Made by a program: the position numbers and the translations under genes | Notes under the pieces: generated by a model | Databases searched by the model: none | Seen by the model: the letters and a program-made list of their open reading frames with translations, nothing else | Told to the model about the DNA's origin: nothing | Part shown: positions 51,715 to 61,649 of the stretch, in pieces | Numbering within the stretch: position 1 is the stretch's first letter | Layout of the letters: each line of letters opens with the position of its first letter | Assembly: GCA_963716175.1 (NCBI GenBank) | Contig: OY970296.1 | Coordinates: forward strand, 4,032,001-4,096,000 | Source of the DNA: an uncultured Armatimonadetes bacterium | GTDB lineage: Bacteria; Armatimonadota; Hebobacteria; Hebobacterales; Hebobacteraceae | Length of the DNA: 64,000 nt | Reading direction: 5' to 3'

Positions 51715-52560
51715 ATGCTGTGTCGCAGATGCGGTATGGAAAGCACCACCACCGATGTCTGTGAGTGGTGCCACAAGCCGATGCTGGCGGCGGGTGCGGC
51801 CGCCGCTGGGAGGCAGGCACGACCGGAAAACGGCCAGCCTGAGACGACGACGCAGCAGCACGCGCAGGTGGTCGAGCAGGAAGAAGCAGCCGCGGAAGGG
51901 CTGCCAGAGCTCAGGGCTGAGCCCGACCAGGAATCCGGCTCGGGGTCGCAGGAAGAGCTGCTTCGCCCGCTCGGGGGTGAGGTCGCGGGGCCGTCAAGGC
52001 CGAGCCCCGGGGTGCCGAGCCACGGGCTCTCAGATGATGCCACTCGCACCTCAGTGGACCTGGGCCAGTACCTGGGGGCAGACCAATCGCTCTTTCGGCC
52101 CTTGCCGCGCTCCGAGCACTCCGCTACCGCCGGCATGGACCCATTGGCTCAGAGGAGGAGCGGGCGCAAGCAGGTGAAGATGGTGTCCGATATCCCGGAC
52201 AACGTCAGGCTACTGCGATCCCTGATTACGGGCATTGTCATCTCCGTACCGCTGGCGGTGGTGCAGTTCGCCGTCGCCCACCAGGTGCCCGATAGGCTCT
52301 ACTTTCTGAAGCTGGGGTCCTCGGATAGTCTCCTCACCGCGCTCTTCTGGGGGATCAGCAGCGGAGTGCTGCTCGGCGGCGGGCTGGGCGCGCTGCTGGT
52401 GCATTTTAAGCGAGGTTCATTCCTGGGCTTGCTGGCCGGGCTCATGATCGGCTGGGTCGGTCTCTCCAACGGCTACTTCGGGATCGTCGCCGCCTCTCTC
52501 ACCGGCATCCTTGTGGGCCGCCACGCCACATATGGCTACCGTCCCGCCGTGACCGTCTAG
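51715..52560 (+). CDS. Zinc-ribbon membrane protein, hypothetical
   Basis: CxxC-x9-CxxC N-terminus, disordered linker, several C-terminal TM helices. Confidence 0.7.
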   Translation: MLCRRCGMESTTTDVCEWCHKPMLAAGAAAAGRQARPENGQPETTTQQHAQVVEQEEAAAEGLPELRAEPDQESGSGSQEELLRPLGGEVAGPSRPSPGVPSHGLSDDATRTSVDLGQYLGADQSLFRPLPRSEHSATAGMDPLAQRRSGRKQVKMVSDIPDNVRLLRSLITGIVISVPLAVVQFAVAHQVPDRLYFLKLGSSDSLLTALFWGISSGVLLGGGLGALLVHFKRGSFLGLLAGLMIGWVGLSNGYFGIVAASLTGILVGRHATYGYRPAVTV

Positions 52561-52650
52561 CTTCTTCCTCAGCTGGAGGGTGCGCGCGCCTCGAAACCAG
52601 CCGCGGCTCAGGGCAGTGCGTACACACTCAGGAACTGGAGGCAGCTACAG

Positions 52651-52839
52651 GTGACCTTGGATCCGTCGCTGTTGGAGATACTGGCCTGTCCCAAGTGCAA
52701 GACCCCTGTGGAGCTGGAGGGTGACCGCCTGGTCTGCGTCCGCTGCGGCAGGCGCTACCGCGTGGAGGACGGCATTCCCATCATGCTGATTGACGAGGCC
52801 GAGCCGCCGGCTGCGGGTTGGCAGCCCAAGGGGGGATAG
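52651..52839 (+). CDS. Trm112-family protein
   Basis: LLEILACP.CK...C..C...Y.V.DGIPIML.DEA. Confidence 0.9.
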   Translation: MTLDPSLLEILACPKCKTPVELEGDRLVCVRCGRRYRVEDGIPIMLIDEAEPPAAGWQPKGG

Positions 52840-52853
52840 CGTCCGCGCCGCTC

Positions 52854-53762
52854 ATGCCCGCCCCCGATCTCTCCGTCTGCATCGTCAACTGGAACACATC
52901 CACCGATCTCGAGCAAGCCTTGGCCTCCGTCCTCCAGCCTGAGCCCGGGCTCAGGCTGGAGGTGATCGTGCTGGATAACGCCTCGCAGGACGGCAGCGCG
53001 GACATGGTACGGGGGCGCTTCCCGGGAGTGACGCTGATCCAGAGCGCCCGGAACCTGGGCTTCGCCGCAGGCTACAACCGGGCGGCGGCCCAGGCCAGGG
53101 GCCGGCACTTGCTCATGCTCAATCCCGACACGGTGGTGGCGCCGGGAGCGCTGGGCAGATTGGTGCGTTTCCTCGACGATCACCCCGGGGCCGCCGCGGT
53201 CGGGCCCCGTTTGCTGAACAGCGATGGCAGCCTCCAGCTTTCCTGCCGGCGCTTCCCCAGGCCCATGGCCGCCCTGCTGCGAAACACCCTGCTCGGAAGG
53301 CTGATCGGGGGGCGCGACCGGTTCACCCGGGAGTACCTGATGGCCGACTGGGATCATGCCACCACCCGGGAGGTAGACTGGATCTCGGGCGCCGCCATGG
53401 CGATCCGCCGGGAGGCCTGGGGGAAAGTGGGCGGATTCGACGAAGGCTTCTTCATGTACGCCGAGGATATGGACTGGTGCCTCCGGGCCCACCAGGCGGG
53501 CTACACCATCCATTACCTTCCCGAGGCGGTCATCACCCATCGTATCGGGCGCAGCAGCGATCAACGTCCGCTTGCCATGGTGGTGGAGTTCCATCGCAGC
53601 ATGGTGCGTTTCTACCGCAAGCATTACGCGCCGCATTGGCCCCGGGGCCTGCGGTGGGTCCCCACCGCCGGAATCTGGCTGAGAGCCGGCCTGGTGCTGG
53701 CCCACACCCTCTGGGCCGAAGCGGGTGATTGGCGCCGGGTCTGGCGGAGGCGGGGCCCATGA
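52854..53762 (+). CDS. GT2 glycosyltransferase (WbbL/rhamnosyltransferase-like)
   Basis: IVNWN, DNAS.DGS, LNPD and GGFDE.FFMY.ED.DWC motifs. Confidence 0.92.
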   Translation: MPAPDLSVCIVNWNTSTDLEQALASVLQPEPGLRLEVIVLDNASQDGSADMVRGRFPGVTLIQSARNLGFAAGYNRAAAQARGRHLLMLNPDTVVAPGALGRLVRFLDDHPGAAAVGPRLLNSDGSLQLSCRRFPRPMAALLRNTLLGRLIGGRDRFTREYLMADWDHATTREVDWISGAAMAIRREAWGKVGGFDEGFFMYAEDMDWCLRAHQAGYTIHYLPEAVITHRIGRSSDQRPLAMVVEFHRSMVRFYRKHYAPHWPRGLRWVPTAGIWLRAGLVLAHTLWAEAGDWRRVWRRRGP

Positions 53763-56281
53763 AGCGACGCGCGCCCCGCCAGCCAGCTGGCGCCGCCGCC
53801 ATGGTGGTCCACGACGTCGCCCTGCTGGTGGTGGCTTTCTACTCCCCTATCCTGTGGGGCGCGTTCAACGCCGGCGGCCAGGCCTTCGCCTCCATCCTGA
53901 TCGGCCTCGCCGCGCTGGCCGCCCTGGCGGCGCGCTGGTCTCAAGGCCGCGGCCCGGCGCTGATCCCCAATCCCATCCACCTGCCGGCTCTGCTCTTCCT
54001 GGCGATCTCCGGGCTCAGCGCCCTGCTCGTCTCTGTCAGCCACCATGCCAGCGCCATCGAGCTGGCCAGAATCGCCGTTGGCGTGCTGCTGTTCTACCTG
54101 GTGGCCAATCGCGCGCTGCTGCCGGCGGCCCCTGCGGGGCCGGTGGCTGCGGCCTTCGCCTGGTCCGTGCTAGTCGTTCTCTTCGTGCGGGTGCCGGGGG
54201 AATCCAGCGTCACTCTGGCGTCGCTCTCCGACCCTGCCGCCTGGGATGAACTCATCCACGGCGCGGGCGCAGCCTTGCGTCTCTTCGCGGTGATCGGGGT
54301 GGCGGCCGTCACCGGCCTCGTGCTCGCGGATCGCAAGCGCCCGGATCCCATTCGCTGGTGGACCTCCGCGCTGCTCATCTCCGCCGCCTTCGCGGTGGCC
54401 ACCTATGGCTTGCGGGAGAAGCTGCTCACCCTGCGCATGCTGAAGAACCAGAGCTGGAGCATCTTCAGCACCTTCTTCAACCCCAACTCGCTCGCCGGTT
54501 TTCTCGCCATGTGCGTGTTCCTGGCGGCGGCCGCGGCCCTCGCCAATCGTGCGCTCTGGCGCCGCTTGCTCTGGGCGGGCGCGGCCCTGCTGCTGCTGGC
54601 GGCCGTTGTGCCCACCCACTCCAAAGGCGCGGTGCTAGCGGTGTTGGCAGGGGCCGTAGTCTTCGTCGCGCTGACCGCAGGCGCGACCGCACGGCGGAGG
54701 CGCAATCTGTGGATCCTGGCCGGGCTATCCCTCGCGGTTCTGCTGATGGGCGGCCTGGTGATGTGGCGCTTGCCAGCTCAGCGCACTCGGGTGGTGGAAG
54801 CACTGGACCCCCGCAGCGCCTCCAACATGTTCCGGCTGCTCGCCTGGCAAGGCACCGCCCGGATGGCCGCCGACCATCCTCTGCTGGGCATCGGCCCTGG
54901 CGGCTTCAAGTATGCATTCATGAACTACGCGGTGGGCGGGTACACGGAGGCGGCACACGAGAACTACCTCCAGATCGGCGCGGAGCAAGGCTTCGCCGGG
55001 CTCGCGGTCTTCCTCTGGATGATCGCGGCGGCGCTGTTCACCGCTCGCCGCGGGTTGGCGCGGGCGCGCGACTTCGGTCGGCGCGCGCTCATCATCGGCG
55101 CGGTCTCCAGCCTCACCGCGCTGCTCGTGCACAGCCTGCTCGATTACGACTGGTACATCGGCGCCATCGGCGTCACTTTCTGGCTGGTGGTGGGGGTGAT
55201 CGCGCACCAGGCCCATGGCCGGGAAGTGGAGCTGGCGCAGCCGCCCCAGCCAGAGGCCGCGCGCGGCAGGCGGCGGGGCTCGCGCCAGACCTCGCCTGCG
55301 AAACCGGAGGCGGCGGAGAATGCACACCTTCTGCCCTGGCCGCGGGCCGCGATCGGGCGGGGGGCAGCCTCGGCGGGAGTCACGCTGCTGCTGTTCCTGT
55401 GCCTGTGGCCCGCGCTGAGCAATGCGCTGGCCCAGACCGCGCTGGATTCCGGGAACCGGGCCGCGGGCGCGGCCATGCAGGCCTACAACCTGCGCGACAC
55501 CGTTGCCATGGGCGGGTATCTCTACCGCGCCTTGAACGCCTACCGCACCGCCACCGAGTACGACCCCGGGTGGTCCGCCGCCTGGGAGCGCTATGGGCTG
55601 ATGCTGGGGAACGTGGGGCAGCCCCAGGAGGCGGCGCAGGCGCTGCTGAAGGCGGTCAAGCTGGAGCCGACCAGCTTTCAACCGCGGCTCTCCCTGGCCA
55701 GCTTCTACTACGACCAGAAGCAGTACCGGAAGGCTGCAGACGCCTACCAGCAGTCACTCGCTCGCTATCCCGCAAACACCCGCGCCCTGCGGCGCCTCGG
55801 CATCACCTATCAGCAGCTCGGCGAGAATGATGCTGCGCTCACCATCTACCACCACATGGTGCAGATCGAAGACAGCCCTTACAACAGGTATCGCGCCCTG
55901 AGCGACATTGACGTAGACACCGAGTACGCCTATGCCCATTACCAGCTCGGGCGGGCCGCGCTGAAGGATTACACTGCCGGTCGCAGGCCGGACGCACTCC
56001 CGGTCGCCATCCACGAGTTCCAGGCCGCGCTCGCCGTGATCGCCTCCTACCAGCAGCGCGGCAAGCAGATAGACGAGATGTTCCGGCAGGTGGGCCAGCC
56101 CCGAGAAGACCGGGCCGGGGAGCTGGCGGCACTGGAGGCGAGGGCGCGGTGGCGCCTCGGCGCCGCCTACCAGATCGCCGGAGACAGAGAGAGCGCCGTC
56201 CGGGAGAGAGAGCAAGCGCTGAAGCTGTACCCGGAGGTGGCCCAGGCTGCCCTGGCCGAGGATGGGGGGAAGGCGGGATGA
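53759..56281 (+). CDS. O-antigen ligase (Wzy_C) family protein with C-terminal TPRs
   Basis: NPN.LAG, T.SKG, HPLLG.GPG.F and AH..YLQ..AE.G motifs; TPR region. Confidence 0.88.
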   Translation: MKRRAPRQPAGAAAMVVHDVALLVVAFYSPILWGAFNAGGQAFASILIGLAALAALAARWSQGRGPALIPNPIHLPALLFLAISGLSALLVSVSHHASAIELARIAVGVLLFYLVANRALLPAAPAGPVAAAFAWSVLVVLFVRVPGESSVTLASLSDPAAWDELIHGAGAALRLFAVIGVAAVTGLVLADRKRPDPIRWWTSALLISAAFAVATYGLREKLLTLRMLKNQSWSIFSTFFNPNSLAGFLAMCVFLAAAAALANRALWRRLLWAGAALLLLAAVVPTHSKGAVLAVLAGAVVFVALTAGATARRRRNLWILAGLSLAVLLMGGLVMWRLPAQRTRVVEALDPRSASNMFRLLAWQGTARMAADHPLLGIGPGGFKYAFMNYAVGGYTEAAHENYLQIGAEQGFAGLAVFLWMIAAALFTARRGLARARDFGRRALIIGAVSSLTALLVHSLLDYDWYIGAIGVTFWLVVGVIAHQAHGREVELAQPPQPEAARGRRRGSRQTSPAKPEAAENAHLLPWPRAAIGRGAASAGVTLLLFLCLWPALSNALAQTALDSGNRAAGAAMQAYNLRDTVAMGGYLYRALNAYRTATEYDPGWSAAWERYGLMLGNVGQPQEAAQALLKAVKLEPTSFQPRLSLASFYYDQKQYRKAADAYQQSLARYPANTRALRRLGITYQQLGENDAALTIYHHMVQIEDSPYNRYRALSDIDVDTEYAYAHYQLGRAALKDYTAGRRPDALPVAIHEFQAALAVIASYQQRGKQIDEMFRQVGQPREDRAGELAALEARARWRLGAAYQIAGDRESAVREREQALKLYPEVAQAALAEDGGKAG

Positions 56282-57300
56282 GCGGGGCTGCCAAGCTGGC
56301 ACGGCCTTCGCTGCTGGCGCGACTGGCGGCCCTGGTGATTGGCCTGGGCGCCTTCCTGGTGCTGACCATGGTGCTGGCGGCCAATCTCGGAGCGCAGCCG
56401 ATCCCGCTGGGGGTGATCCTGGAATCGGCGAGACGAGAGACCGGCTCCAAGCTGGCAGAGATCTTCTGGCACCTGCGGCTGCCCCGGGTGGCGCTGGGGG
56501 CGATCGTGGGGATGGCCCTCACGGTCGCCGGCACCTCCCTTCAGGGGCTGCTCATGAACCCCCTGGCCGACCCTTACCTGGTCGGGGTATCGGCCGGAGC
56601 GGCGCTGGGGGCGAGCGCGGCGATGGCGCTGCATTTCGGCAACTTCCTGGGTGGGGCCGGCCGCTGCCTCATCGCCTTTGGGTCCGGCGCGCTCACCATG
56701 ATTCTCGTGCTGTGGCTGGCGCGAGAGCGCAGGCGGCTGCAGCGGGATGCCTTCATCCTCGCCGGGGTTGTGGTCGGCTCCTTCATGTGGGCCCTGGTGA
56801 CCCTGGTCATGACTCTCGCGGGGCAGGACCTCCAGACCATCGTGTTCTGGCTGATGGGCAATCTGTACGGGCAGATCAGCTGGGTGATGGTAGCGGTGAC
56901 GGGGCTGCTGGTGGCGATAGGCTGTGTCGCCCTTTACTCCTACGCGCGAGACCTCAACCTGCTGGCCCTGGGCGAGGAGCAAGCCAAGCAACTGGGGGTC
57001 GAGACCGAGAAGCTCAAAACGGGAGTGATCCTGTTCTCGGCCTTGGCCACCGCGGCGGCGGTATCGGTGAGCGGGGTGATCGGCTTCGTGGGGCTGGTGA
57101 TACCGCACATGGCGCGCAAGCTGGTGGGGCCGGACCACCGGGTGCTGATCCCCGCGGCCGGCCTGCTGGGGGCGGCCTTTCTGGTGTGGGCGGACACCGT
57201 GGCGCGGTTGATCGCGGAGATCTTCCCCGTGGGGGTGCTCACCTCTCTGCTCGGCGCGCCTTTCTTCTTCTACCTGCTGAAGAGGCGGCAGCGGGTTTAG
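56278..57300 (+). CDS. FecCD/BtuC-type ABC permease (iron chelate or cobalamin)
   Basis: RLPR, NPLADPY, LGEE.A..LG and G.IGFVGL..PH motifs. Confidence 0.92.
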   Translation: MSGAAKLARPSLLARLAALVIGLGAFLVLTMVLAANLGAQPIPLGVILESARRETGSKLAEIFWHLRLPRVALGAIVGMALTVAGTSLQGLLMNPLADPYLVGVSAGAALGASAAMALHFGNFLGGAGRCLIAFGSGALTMILVLWLARERRRLQRDAFILAGVVVGSFMWALVTLVMTLAGQDLQTIVFWLMGNLYGQISWVMVAVTGLLVAIGCVALYSYARDLNLLALGEEQAKQLGVETEKLKTGVILFSALATAAAVSVSGVIGFVGLVIPHMARKLVGPDHRVLIPAAGLLGAAFLVWADTVARLIAEIFPVGVLTSLLGAPFFFYLLKRRQRV

Positions 57301-57321
57301 TCGCCTCTGGCGACCTGCATA

Positions 57322-58593
57322 GTGGCCGGGCGAGGGACCATGCTGGAAGCGCTGGCGATAACCGTCGGTTACGGCGATGGAGCCGTGGTGCAAGATCTGA
57401 CCCTCAGCCTATCGCGGGGCCAGTTCCTGGGCCTGGTGGGGCCGAATGGCTCGGGCAAATCCACCGTGATCCGCGCTCTCAGCCGCGTGCTCCCCCCTTC
57501 CCGGGGGCAAGTGCTGCTGGACTCCGTTGACATCTACCGCCTGCCGGCGAAGGAGCTGGCTCGGCGGCTGGCGGTGGTGGCCCAGGACAATGCCGTCGGC
57601 TTCGATTTCCTGGTGCGCGAGGTGGTGATGATGGGCCGGGCGCCCTATCTCTCGCGCTTCGGGATCGAGCGGGCGCGGGACTACGACATCGTCGAGCAGT
57701 CACTCGACGTGACTCATACCCGGGTGCTCGCCGATCGCCCCATCACCGCCCTCTCCGGCGGCGAGCGGCAGCGCTGCATGATCGCCCGCGCCCTCGCCCA
57801 GGAGGCGGAGGTGCTGCTGCTCGACGAACCGACCGCCCACTTGGATATCAACCACCAGATCGAGATCCTGGACCTCGCCCGCAGGCTGACCGCACAGCGC
57901 GGCCTGGCCACACTGGTGGTGCTGCACGATCTCAACCTCGCCAGCCAGTACTGCGACCGATTGGCCTTGATGGCGGAGGGCCGGGTGCTGGCGGCGGGCG
58001 CGCCGCGAGAGGTGGTGACCGAGGACCACATCCGCGCCGCCTACCACACTGATGTCCAGGTGCGCGCTCACCCCTCCACCGACCGGCCCTATGTCACCTT
58101 GCTCTCGCGCCTCCCGGTGGCATCGCCCCCCACCCGCCAGACCCGCGTTCACCTGATTTGCGGAGCCGGCACTGGAGTGCAGTTGATGCGCCGGCTTCGC
58201 GAGCTGGGATTCGCGGTCTCGGTGGGGGTAGTGAATGTCGCGGACAGCGATCAGCTAGAGGCGGAGGCCTTGGATCTGCCCCGGGTGGAAGAGGCCCCAT
58301 TCTCGCCGATCACCGAGGAGGCGCATCGGCGCAACAGCGATCTCGCCCGCGCCGCGGAGCTCGTGATCGTCACCGGCATCCCCTATGGCCGGGGCAACTT
58401 GCGGAACCTGGAGGCGGCAGTGAGGGCGCGGGGGGTAGGAAGGCGCGTCCTCATCATTGATGATCCCCCGATCGTCGGCCGGGACTTCACCGAGGGAGAA
58501 GCCACCGCCCTCCAGCGCCAGATCGTGAACGCCGGCGCTGAGCTTTGCCGGGACCTCGCCGATGCCCTGGCGCGCGTGGAGAGGATGGCGTGA
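57322..58593 (+). CDS. ABC transporter ATP-binding protein with C-terminal extension
   Basis: GPNGSGKST, LSGGERQR and LLLDEPT motifs. Confidence 0.92.
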   Translation: MAGRGTMLEALAITVGYGDGAVVQDLTLSLSRGQFLGLVGPNGSGKSTVIRALSRVLPPSRGQVLLDSVDIYRLPAKELARRLAVVAQDNAVGFDFLVREVVMMGRAPYLSRFGIERARDYDIVEQSLDVTHTRVLADRPITALSGGERQRCMIARALAQEAEVLLLDEPTAHLDINHQIEILDLARRLTAQRGLATLVVLHDLNLASQYCDRLALMAEGRVLAAGAPREVVTEDHIRAAYHTDVQVRAHPSTDRPYVTLLSRLPVASPPTRQTRVHLICGAGTGVQLMRRLRELGFAVSVGVVNVADSDQLEAEALDLPRVEEAPFSPITEEAHRRNSDLARAAELVIVTGIPYGRGNLRNLEAAVRARGVGRRVLIIDDPPIVGRDFTEGEATALQRQIVNAGAELCRDLADALARVERMA

Positions 58594-59405
58594 CCGGCGA
58601 GGTCTGGCGCTTCATAGACTCCGGCCGGCTCGCCGGGGCCGAGAACATGGCGGTGGACGAGGCCATGCTGGAGGCCCATGCCGCGGGCGAGACGCCGCCC
58701 ACGCTCCGCGTTTACGGTTGGCAGCCCCCTGCCGTCTCGCTGGGACGCTTCCAGCGCGCGGATTCCGCCGTGGATCTGGAGGCCTGCCGGGCTCTGGGCA
58801 TAGCTGTGGTGCGCCGCCCCACTGGGGGTCGGGCCATCCTCCACACCGGCGAGGAAGTCACCTTCGCCCTGGTGATCTCGGCGAAGCGGCTCGGCACGGC
58901 TGGTGTGATGGACTCTTACCGGTCGCTGGCCGGGGGCATCGTAGCGGCCTTGCGGCTGCTCGGGTTGGAGGCGCGGCTGGTAGCGCGAGGCGCGCCCTCC
59001 TCCCCAGCGACCATCCAGGACCCGGCCTGCTTCGCGGTGAAGGCGCGGTGCGATCTGGTGGTGGGTTCGGCGAAGCTGGTGGGCAGCGCCCAGGTGCAGC
59101 GCCGCGGAGTCATCCTCCAGCAGAACTCGCTCCCGCTTCAGCTGCCACTGCGACTGTGGGCCGCGGTGTTCCGGCGCTCGGGGGAGGCACCGGAGGCAGC
59201 GGGATTGTGGGAGGCGGCGGGAAGGAAAGTGGGCCACGGCGAAGTCGCCCGCGCCCTGAGGGAAGGGTTCGCCTCCGCCTTCGGGGTCGCGCTCGTGGAT
59301 GGTATGCTCACTGACGGCGAGCTGGCGCGAACGCACCAGCTCGCCGTCAGTGGCGCTTGCCAATGGCTAGCCGAGAGGGCATCCACGGAGTTTCCTGAAT
59401 CATAG
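58590..59405 (+). CDS. Lipoate-protein ligase / octanoyltransferase (LipM-like)
   Basis: NMA.DEA, SLG.FQ, RRPTGGRAILH and K.VGSAQ motifs. Confidence 0.88.
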   Translation: MTGEVWRFIDSGRLAGAENMAVDEAMLEAHAAGETPPTLRVYGWQPPAVSLGRFQRADSAVDLEACRALGIAVVRRPTGGRAILHTGEEVTFALVISAKRLGTAGVMDSYRSLAGGIVAALRLLGLEARLVARGAPSSPATIQDPACFAVKARCDLVVGSAKLVGSAQVQRRGVILQQNSLPLQLPLRLWAAVFRRSGEAPEAAGLWEAAGRKVGHGEVARALREGFASAFGVALVDGMLTDGELARTHQLAVSGACQWLAERASTEFPES

Positions 59406-59547
59406 TGACAGCTGATGATTCAAGAAACTCCTCAGACCCAGGCGCAGGGCTTGTGAGGCCGATTCTCTTGCATCATGGTTGCTCCCACGATGCAAGAGAA
59501 TCCGTAGCTCGAAAGGCGAGACCGGGGCGACAAGAAGCCCCGGTCTC
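59387..59547. terminator. Three tandem hairpins between convergent genes
   Basis: IRs at 59387-59431 (16/17 bp), 59461-59502 (14 bp) and 59518-59547 (11 bp). Confidence 0.5.
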
Positions 59548-59574
59548 TGTCCTTTGCCAGTCCACACCCCCCGG

Positions 59575-60333
59575 TTAGTGCCAAGTCCCTCCAACCGCGT
59601 AGATCTTGAAATACCCCGTCAAGGCCTCGAGGTTGGGCGCGTCGTAGACCATCCCGACGGGCAGCTTGATCTGCTGGCCCTGATACTTGAAACGCACGTA
59701 CTCCAATTGCGTGCCGTCCCAGTTCTTCTCCTTCACCAGGGTGATAGGCCCATAGAGCGCGACGAAACCCTGCAGCTTCTTCGCCTTGTCCACGTCAGAC
59801 ATCTCGCGGGGCTTGATCTGTGCCATGGCAGGCTGCGCTGCCTCCCCCGCGCCCCCGGCTGCTGCCGCACCCCCGCCACCTCTCCCGCCACCACCGCCCC
59901 GCATGCCGCCGCGGCCGCCGCCGCGGCCGCCGCCACCGCCACGGCCGCCCCGGCCTCCGCCACCGCCACCCCCACCACCGCGCATCCCGCGGCCACCTCC
60001 ACGACCGCCGGCTGCCTCCCCGGCGCCCTGTGCTCCTCCGGCCGCGCTGACCTCGGCGCCAGCGGCGCCCCCGCCTCCTCTGCCACCGCGCATGCCGCCG
60101 CGCGCCCCGCCGCGACCACCGCGGGCGCCGCGGCCGCCAGCGGCCGCTACCTGACTGCCTGCCGCCCCGGCTCCGCCGGCTCCTCGACCCCCACCGGCCG
60201 CCGGCTCTCCGGGAGCCCCGGCCCCCGTCTGCGCCTGCTTGCCTTTACACCCGGCCATCACCAGCAGCGCAGCTAGCGCCAAGAGAACGAACCAGACTGC
60301 TACCTGAGTGCTGCCACTTTTTCCCTGCCGCAT
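59575..60333 (-). CDS. Gly/Arg (RGG)-rich lipoprotein
   Basis: Lipobox VMAGC; low-complexity RGG tract; globular C-terminus; GGAGG RBS. Confidence 0.75.
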   Translation of the reverse strand: MRQGKSGSTQVAVWFVLLALAALLVMAGCKGKQAQTGAGAPGEPAAGGGRGAGGAGAAGSQVAAAGGRGARGGRGGARGGMRGGRGGGGAAGAEVSAAGGAQGAGEAAGGRGGGRGMRGGGGGGGGGRGGRGGGGGRGGGRGGMRGGGGGRGGGGAAAAGGAGEAAQPAMAQIKPREMSDVDKAKKLQGFVALYGPITLVKEKNWDGTQLEYVRFKYQGQQIKLPVGMVYDAPNLEALTGYFKIYAVGGTWH

Positions 60334-60493
60334 TGCTGAGCCTCCCGTGACCTGCATCTGAACCGGCACAGACAACAGCTAGACAGCCGCGCCCGGTGCC
60401 GCCTGTCCTTTTGACCGAACCGGGAGCGTTCCTGTTCCCTCACCGGGCCTTTACAGCCCGCTCGCCTGTCCGCTAGAATAGCCCGAAAAGCCG

Positions 60494-61102
60494 ATGAAAT
60501 GCAAGTCGGATCTGCGCGGGGCCGTGCTGGCCCGGCGGGATGCCCTCTCGACTGAGGAGATCGCGGGCAAAAGCCGGGCCGCTGGCGAGCACCTCTTTTC
60601 ACTGCCGGAGTTCGCCCGGGCGCGACTGGTGATGTTCTTCGTCACCTTCGGCAGCGAGGTGGACACCTTGCCCATGATCAGGCAATCCATCGCCAGCGGG
60701 CAGCAGGTGGCCGCGCCGCAGGCCAACCGGGAGACGCGCAGCTTGCTTCCCTGCGAGATCGTGGACCCGGAGACCGACCTGGCGCCGGGCGCCTATGGCA
60801 TCCGGGAACCCAGGCCTGGCTGCCGCATAGTCACGCCGGACCAGATAGATGTGGTGCTGGTGCCGGCCGCAGTGTGGGGGGAAGACGGCTATCGCCTAGG
60901 GTACGGCGCGGGCTACTACGACCGCTTCCTGGCGCGCGCCCCGCGGGCGCGGCGGATCGGGCTAGGTCTGGAGGTGCAGGTGGTGGCTCGGGTGCCGCAC
61001 GGCAACCACGACTTGCCAGTGGACGTGCTAGTGACCGAGGCCGCAGTGCGGCGCTTCGCCCATCGCCCGGCCGTCGGCAAGGGAGGTGGTGATGGCGGAT
61101 AA
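60494..61102 (+). CDS. 5-formyltetrahydrofolate cyclo-ligase
   Basis: EVDT, YGI.EP, RLGYGAGYYDR and HD..VD...TE motifs; TTTACA-N18-TAGAAT promoter at 60450-60479. Confidence 0.92.
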   Translation: MKCKSDLRGAVLARRDALSTEEIAGKSRAAGEHLFSLPEFARARLVMFFVTFGSEVDTLPMIRQSIASGQQVAAPQANRETRSLLPCEIVDPETDLAPGAYGIREPRPGCRIVTPDQIDVVLVPAAVWGEDGYRLGYGAGYYDRFLARAPRARRIGLGLEVQVVARVPHGNHDLPVDVLVTEAAVRRFAHRPAVGKGGGDGG

Positions 61103-61466
61103 AGTCCGGCTGCACAGCATCACCGTCTATGGCTGTCACGGCGTCACGGAGGCGGAGCGCGCACTGGGCCGGCCCTTCGAGATAGATGTGGAGCTGGCGC
61201 TGGATCTCTCGGCGGCGGGAGAGAGCGATGACCTGGGTGCGACCGTGGACTACGGCGCCGTCTGCCAGCTTGTCCAGAGCGTGAATGAGGCCGGGCCCTA
61301 CCTGCTGCTGGAGGCCTTCGCCACCAGGATCGCCGAGCAGATCATGGCCGGCTTTCCGGTGCAGGAGGTGACGGTGCGAGTGCGCAAACCCCAGCCGCCG
61401 GTGGGAATGCTGGTGGAGGCGGCCGAAGTCGAGATCACGCGCCCGGGCGGCCGACCGCCCCTGTAG
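61092..61466 (+). CDS. folB: Dihydroneopterin aldolase
   Basis: HGV..AER, DDL..TVDY, LLE..A and V.KP motifs. Confidence 0.92.
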   Translation: MADKVRLHSITVYGCHGVTEAERALGRPFEIDVELALDLSAAGESDDLGATVDYGAVCQLVQSVNEAGPYLLLEAFATRIAEQIMAGFPVQEVTVRVRKPQPPVGMLVEAAEVEITRPGGRPPL

Positions 61467-61584
61467 GGCGGGTATGTCGCAGGTCGCCACAGGCAACCAA
61501 GCATGCCCGCCGGCCGTTTGCCGCCTGCTGTGCGGGGTACGTTGGGCAGGAGCTTCAGTCGCCTCTGGCGACTTGCCTCCTGCC
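61463..61584 (+). repeat. REP related to the RAYT flanks followed by a 48-bp repeat (copy 1, 61537-61584)
   Basis: GTAGGGCGGGTATGTCGCAGGTCGCCACAGGCAACCAAGCATGCCCGC; 48-mer is 45/48 identical to 62966-63013. Confidence 0.8.
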
Positions 61585-61649
61585 ATGGGGTATGGTAGTC
61601 TGGTCGCGCTGATAGCACAGATAGCCCGCGAGGGCCGAAGGGGGGAAAG

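Noticed and set aside
59786-60154. Proline-rich plus-strand ORF
   Set aside because: Mirror of the Gly-rich lipoprotein on the minus strand, which has the RBS and lipobox
60334-60493. 6S RNA upstream of the 5-formyl-THF cyclo-ligase gene
   Set aside because: The gap is short, has no long rod-like stem, and a promoter lies directly before the ATG
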